Origin: an uncultured Oscillospiraceae bacterium
GTDB taxonomy: Bacteria > Bacillota > Clostridia > UBA1212 > SIG427
DNA length: 47,626 bases
Direction: 5' to 3'
NCBI GenBank assembly: GCA_902465325.1
Contig: CABQMV010000001.1
Coordinates: forward strand, 1-47,626
This document shows, piece after piece, positions 43,512 through 47,626 of the stretch. Below the pieces are notes generated by a model, which was not told where the DNA came from, searched no databases, and saw nothing but the letters and a program-made list of their open reading frames with translations. Positions within the stretch are counted from its first letter, which is position 1, and each line of letters opens with the position of its first letter. Both the position numbers and the translations under genes were made by a program.

Positions 43512-44408
43512 ATGAAGCACAGTATTGCCGACCCCCATTATGAAAGTAAATATTTACTGGATGGAATTCAGTTTCCCATCCACTGTATACAGCTGGATGT
43601 AGAGAAACGCAGCACCAAAAGGATCTCTCCCCATTACCATGAATATATCGAAATTTTGTACAGCCTAGAGACTGACTGCGATGTCTATATCAACGGTAAA
43701 ATCCACAATTTTAAAACAGGGGATCTTCTGATTATCAATTCAGGCGAAAGCCACGACCTGCTTTTTGACCGCAGCAGCGGACATTATATTGTCATAAAGG
43801 TACTGCCGGAAATTTTGTATTCCAGCGATCAATCGGTTTTTGAAATGAAATATACCATGCCTTTTTTGATACAAAACTCAGTGAACAAAAGACATTTTAC
43901 AAAAGAGGAGCTAGGGGACAATTCCGTACAGGAGGCGGTTACAAGGATTATGGAGGAATGGCGGGAGAAGGATTACGGCTTTGAGCTTTCCATACGTTCC
44001 GATATTCTGAAGGTGTTTTTATGGGTGCTTCGCTACTGGCATAAGCATGATTTGGAGGCCGTCGCTCAGTTTGACTATTCCGATGAAATTCTTTATATTA
44101 TTCAGCGTTCTCTTGAATATATTTCAAAAAATTACGCTACTCTAACGGAATCAGAGGTAGCTGAGCACTGTAATTTAAGCTACAGCTACTTTTCGCGTAT
44201 TTTTAAAAAGGTTATGCACCAAAGCTTTTCTGAATATCTGAAGCACTACCGCATTACCAAGGCCGAGCAGCTTCTGTCCTCAACGGATAAATCCGTAGGG
44301 GAAATTTCCGAAGCAGTGGGATTTTCAACACCCAGTTACTTTATCCACCAGTTTAAGGCAAAAAAGAATATTTCTCCTAAGCAGTATAAAATGAAATATC
44401 TTCGATAA
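43512..44408 (+). CDS. AraC family transcriptional regulator (cupin sensor plus HTH)
   Basis: Cupin-like PHYHEYIEILY...GDLLIINSGESH. C-terminal HTH VGFSTPSYFIHQFKAKKNISPKQY. Divergent from the oxidoreductase operon. Confidence 0.9.
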   Translation: MKHSIADPHYESKYLLDGIQFPIHCIQLDVEKRSTKRISPHYHEYIEILYSLETDCDVYINGKIHNFKTGDLLIINSGESHDLLFDRSSGHYIVIKVLPEILYSSDQSVFEMKYTMPFLIQNSVNKRHFTKEELGDNSVQEAVTRIMEEWREKDYGFELSIRSDILKVFLWVLRYWHKHDLEAVAQFDYSDEILYIIQRSLEYISKNYATLTESEVAEHCNLSYSYFSRIFKKVMHQSFSEYLKHYRITKAEQLLSSTDKSVGEISEAVGFSTPSYFIHQFKAKKNISPKQYKMKYLR

Positions 44409-44410
44409 AA

Positions 44411-45391
44411 TTACACTTCCGCTATGAGCGCCGCCATTTCCTCCAAGCTGATTTTGTACACGGTCCCCTTCATGGTTCTAAGAGCCTCCAGCACTGCGCT
44501 TCTTTCATAGGGGCAGCCTTTCAGTACAGCGGCAAATTCCTCTGTATCTACAGTGCCGAAAAAGTCTCCGGAAACAGCAATATCAGAAATTTTACCCTGC
44601 TTTACAGAAATGGTAAACTCTATTTTTCCGCCTTCAAAGCGGCCGGTACGGAGAATACTGTATTTGGGAGAGGCACCAAAAATCATCTGACGGCTGCCGA
44701 ATTTTTCATCGGCGATTTTTTGTACCCTGGCCAGCTCCTCTGCCGTGAGCCGGTATACTGTCCCTTCGCTGCCCATAAGCCGTGAAACCATCAGGCGTTT
44801 AAACTCCTGATCGGATACCGGGTTTTCCATATGGTCGGAAATATTGGTCACCCTGTCTCTTACGGACTTAATACTTTTAGAAATGATTTTATAAGGATCT
44901 GCCGTAGTAGATTCTACCAGAGCTGCAATATCCGTAGCATACAGCAACGTACCGTGATGTACCACATATCCGCCATGGATATACTGGGAGTTTCCTGAAA
45001 ACTTTTTACCGTCAATAACCAAATCGTTTCTGCCATTGAAACCGGCGCCGGTCACACCCAGCTCATGCAGGGCCTCGACTACCGGCAAAATATATTCCTG
45101 AAAGCTGATTTTCTGCTGGTCTGCTGCGGTAATAAAAGAAAACTGCCAGCAGCCCGGGTCCTGGTATACCGTACCGCCGCCGGACATTCTCCTGGCGATG
45201 TTAAGGTGATGGGATCTGGCATATTCCATATTAATCTCTTCCAGGGGATTCTGGTATTTACCCACCACTAAAGTAGGAGAGCTGTTCCAGAAAAGCAGTA
45301 CGGTCTCCTCAGGTTTTTTCTCTGTGATGAGCCAATACTCCATAGCAAGATTGTAATAAATATTCTGAGAACCGGTATCAATATAAATCAT
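44411..45391 (-). CDS. lplA: lipoate--protein ligase
   Basis: RRMSGGGTVYQD and GKKFSGNSQ (catalytic Lys), with the C-terminal accessory domain present. 326 aa. Confidence 0.9.
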   Translation of the reverse strand: MIYIDTGSQNIYYNLAMEYWLITEKKPEETVLLFWNSSPTLVVGKYQNPLEEINMEYARSHHLNIARRMSGGGTVYQDPGCWQFSFITAADQQKISFQEYILPVVEALHELGVTGAGFNGRNDLVIDGKKFSGNSQYIHGGYVVHHGTLLYATDIAALVESTTADPYKIISKSIKSVRDRVTNISDHMENPVSDQEFKRLMVSRLMGSEGTVYRLTAEELARVQKIADEKFGSRQMIFGASPKYSILRTGRFEGGKIEFTISVKQGKISDIAVSGDFFGTVDTEEFAAVLKGCPYERSAVLEALRTMKGTVYKISLEEMAALIAEV

Positions 45392-45627
45392 TGTATTTCA
45401 ATTTCTCCTATCGCTTCCCCTGCAGACACCCTGTCACCCTCTTCTGCAAACTGCCGGCCCATTACACCAGCCTCCGCGGCCTCAACTTCACTGACGACCT
45501 TGTCTGCCTCTACTTCAAATAAAATATCGCCCTTGCTCACAGCCTCTCCCGGCGCTACATTCCAGGCTACCAGCACTCCCTCTTTCATTTCACTGCTCAG
45601 TTTTGGCATCGTAATCGTTTTCTTCAC
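45388..45627 (-). CDS. stand-alone lipoyl (E2-type biotin/lipoyl attachment) domain protein
   Basis: 79 aa. MPKLSSEMKEGVLVAWNV...ILFEVEADKVVSEVEA contains the lipoyl-lysine motif. 4-nt overlap with lplA. Confidence 0.8.
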   Translation of the reverse strand: MKKTITMPKLSSEMKEGVLVAWNVAPGEAVSKGDILFEVEADKVVSEVEAAEAGVMGRQFAEEGDRVSAGEAIGEIEIQ

Positions 45628-46483
45628 TGTATACCTCCCGGAAAACTTCCTCCGCAGGCCGTCCTATATAGCTCCGGACACTGCTGTCCGCAACAACTCC
45701 TGCTTCCACACAAAGCCATATCCCTTTCTTTTCGGGATAGAATTCAAATTTAGGGCCTTTCCCTATGTTCCACTGCCATGTATCATATTTTTCTTTTTTC
45801 AGCATCAAAATCTGCCGTTCTTCCTCTGCGCTTACAGCGGTCTCGCAGCCCTTCTCCCCCAATAGAGCCCCCTTCAGACTCTCAGCAAATTCGGCTATAG
45901 AAGAATACGCGGCGCCTTGTAAATGCTGCTTTATATTGGTCACAGGGCTGGGTACTGAGGCAACGGCCTTGCATATCATTTTACCGGCAGGAGGCGTAAG
46001 CAATTTCCCCAAACAGTTAAGATCCGCATCAAACAGCAAGGTGCCGTGATGAAGCACTCTGTCCCTTTTCACTGCCTGGGCACTGCCAGAAATTTTCATA
46101 TCGCCGATGGCGATATCGCAGGTGTTTCTTTTGTGCGCTGGCACCCCCATTGAGGCAAGCGCTTTTATGACCGGAGCCAGAAAGCTGTCGTAGTCCAGGC
46201 TGCAGCCCTCTCTACACTTCCTGATCATTGTATAGTTCAAGTTGCCCCTGTCGTGATATACGGTACCGCCGCCTGTGGTTCTCCTGATTACCGGGATATT
46301 CATTTTTCCCGCAAGGGGCATATTCATTTCCTGAAACACATTTTGACAGCGGCCGCAGACAAGGCTGGGCTCATTGATCCACAAAAGCAAAAGATCCTCC
46401 TCCAGGCTGCTGTGTTCAAATACATACTCCTCAAAGGCCTGATTGTAAAACGGATCTGTCTTGTCATTCCTTATGTATATCAT
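45590..46483 (-). CDS. lipoate--protein ligase family protein (second paralogue)
   Basis: RRTTGGGTVYHD and MKISGSAQ. Start placed at the ATG 9 nt after GGGG (MIYIRND); an ATG at 46489 is an alternative. The 3' end overlaps the lipoyl-domain gene by 38 nt. Confidence 0.8.
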   Translation of the reverse strand: MIYIRNDKTDPFYNQAFEEYVFEHSSLEEDLLLLWINEPSLVCGRCQNVFQEMNMPLAGKMNIPVIRRTTGGGTVYHDRGNLNYTMIRKCREGCSLDYDSFLAPVIKALASMGVPAHKRNTCDIAIGDMKISGSAQAVKRDRVLHHGTLLFDADLNCLGKLLTPPAGKMICKAVASVPSPVTNIKQHLQGAAYSSIAEFAESLKGALLGEKGCETAVSAEEERQILMLKKEKYDTWQWNIGKGPKFEFYPEKKGIWLCVEAGVVADSSVRSYIGRPAEEVFREVYSEENDYDAKTEQ

Positions 46484-46671
46484 AGTCATTACCCCGCCCC
46501 CTATAATACAACGAAAGCAAAAGACTGTCAAAGCCGGGGAAATTTCTTTCATTATGCAAAAGGGATAAAACTGTAATAAGATATATTTTACAAAACGGCA
46601 GGCCACATGTTATACTGATATCATAATATTGAGTTCCAAAATAAATGAATGGTAAAACAGGAGGTTGAAAC

Positions 46672-47226
46672 ATGTTAAAACCCCACGTAGTGGAGAGAGA
46701 CGTCATAAGGCTTTGTGGTAGATGTGCCAAAATAGACAAGGACAATTCGATGGGAGAAGGAATTGGCTCCCTATTTGCACAAATGGACGAAATTTTCAGT
46801 AAAGTGAAAAACCCCGTAGACGATAAATTTTACGGCGTATCCTTAAATTTCTGTAATAGCGGCAAAAACAGCCGTATGGATTATTGGCTATGCAAAGAGG
46901 TTAAAAATTTTTGGCATAAGAATGAAATAGGGAACTGGGAAGAGCTGGAGGAAGGGATGGAAACTCTGACATTGCCAGCAACTCGTTGGTTATACATTCC
47001 GGTACGATATGACGATCCTTTCGTAAAAAGTTTGGCGCCGGAGGACCAAAGAGATGACCCCGGTCTTTTGACACCGTGTGTATACGAATGGGCTGATCAG
47101 TGGATGAAAGAAAATAACTACATCCAGCAGGATTATCCAGTGGAACTTGAAATCTATGGCCTTCATGACGGATATGAAGACCAAGGCTGCTGCGCTGAGA
47201 TAACTTTAGCGAAACCGATTGTATAA
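46672..47226 (+). CDS. GyrI-like (effector-binding) domain protein
   Basis: 184 aa. AGGAGG RBS. The overall pattern (G.......F..........YGV..........DYW.C.EV, LE.Y) is recalled from GyrI-like/AraC-effector domains. Confidence 0.55.
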   Translation: MLKPHVVERDVIRLCGRCAKIDKDNSMGEGIGSLFAQMDEIFSKVKNPVDDKFYGVSLNFCNSGKNSRMDYWLCKEVKNFWHKNEIGNWEELEEGMETLTLPATRWLYIPVRYDDPFVKSLAPEDQRDDPGLLTPCVYEWADQWMKENNYIQQDYPVELEIYGLHDGYEDQGCCAEITLAKPIV

Positions 47227-47289
47227 CGGTTGTCCGTAAAAGCTTTGCTTTGATAAACGGCGCAAGGGACGTTGGAACGCACCTCTGGT

Positions 47290-47325
47290 CTGACTGCATC
47301 GCAGGATACAGTCAGGCTTTTTATT
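47290..47325 (+). terminator. rho-independent terminator
   Basis: CTGACTG / CAGTCAG stem followed by GCTTTTTATTT. Confidence 0.6.
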
Positions 47326-47458
47326 TGAGCTCAAAATTTTCCCCTGTGGCATAGATAACAGCCAGAGCTATACAGTTCCTCTTTTTAGTACAGCAGGAAA
47401 GGGAAAGGTTTCGTCAGCCTATCGGCAAGTCAAATCTCAATGACAGCTTCATTGTCCC

Positions 47459-47626
47459 TTATTTCTTCAGCTGCTGACAGGAAGGACAAAAATAGTACTT
47501 TGTACCGGTACCCATTACAGCTTCAATAGGAGTACTGCATTTTGGACACGGCTTATGACAATTTTTTGCCGTCATCAACGAGGCTGACGGATTATTTTCC
47601 TTGATATGTTTCCCGTACAAATCAAT
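47459..47626 (-). CDS. C-terminal 55 codons of a zinc-finger protein, possibly Fpg/Nei-type DNA glycosylase (gene runs off the window end)
   Basis: Absent from the ORF track. The minus strand reads ...LYGKHIKENNPSASLMTAKNCHKPCPKCSTPIEAVMGTGTKYYFCPSCQQLKK*. The C-x2-C-x16-C-x2-CQ ending resembles the Fpg zinc finger. Confidence 0.35.
   Translation of the reverse strand: MDLYGKHIKENNPSASLMTAKNCHKPCPKCSTPIEAVMGTGTKYYFCPSCQQLKK

Noticed and set aside
1-47626. CRISPR arrays, rRNA and tRNA genes, and complete IS elements
   Set aside because: I found no regularly spaced direct repeats, no tRNA-like cloverleaf candidates in the intergenic gaps, and no transposase ORF with terminal inverted repeats on reading through the window. 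tRNAscan/Infernal would be needed to exclude small RNAs formally.

Overview
The window is a densely coding chromosomal segment, about 50% GC by eye, from a spore-forming Clostridia-class Firmicute. Markers for that placement are an alpha/beta-type SASP, YtxC, DUF378, RNase P RNA, prfA-tsaC, ybaB-recR and the trmK-nif3-trmB neighbourhood. Most of it is housekeeping or carbohydrate metabolism.

Regions that stand out:
1. 1.0-3.1 kb: a degraded integrative element sits between an orphan CIRCE half-site next to hsp20 and a perfect CIRCE next to pyk. It carries a tyrosine-recombinase fragment, repeated ATTGGTGTCAA motifs in both arms, and an intact alpha/beta hydrolase preceded by a 7-codon leader ORF (MGIFVTL) with competing hairpins.
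2. 12.3-13.8 kb: an Lsa-family ABC-F gene is broken by a single-base frameshift in an A4G3 run.
3. 13.8-15.65 kb: an AT-rich island holds an AIPR-like abortive-infection gene fragment, an ATPase scrap, and an intact protein with its own promoter that combines a zinc ribbon, a DUF2726 (PD-(D/E)xK-like) domain and a Cys-rich C-terminal module.
4. 24.8-30.7 kb: one minus-strand operon sits behind a near-consensus Rex box. It encodes Fe-ADH, a thioredoxin-like 2Fe-2S ferredoxin, a PAS-containing sensory-type [FeFe] hydrogenase, a PP2C phosphatase and a catalytic-type [FeFe] hydrogenase.
5. A TsaC::YwlE-type phosphatase fusion.
6. A dockerin-bearing GH13-like enzyme.
7. An AraC-controlled ThuA / Gfo-Idh-MocA / TIM-barrel cluster that suggests oxidative (3-keto) glycoside cleavage.
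8. A lone lipoyl-domain gene between two lipoate-ligase paralogues.

I saw no CRISPR array, rRNA or tRNA. All family names come from motif recognition and memory, not database searches. Start codons were chosen from RBS inspection and are provisional.
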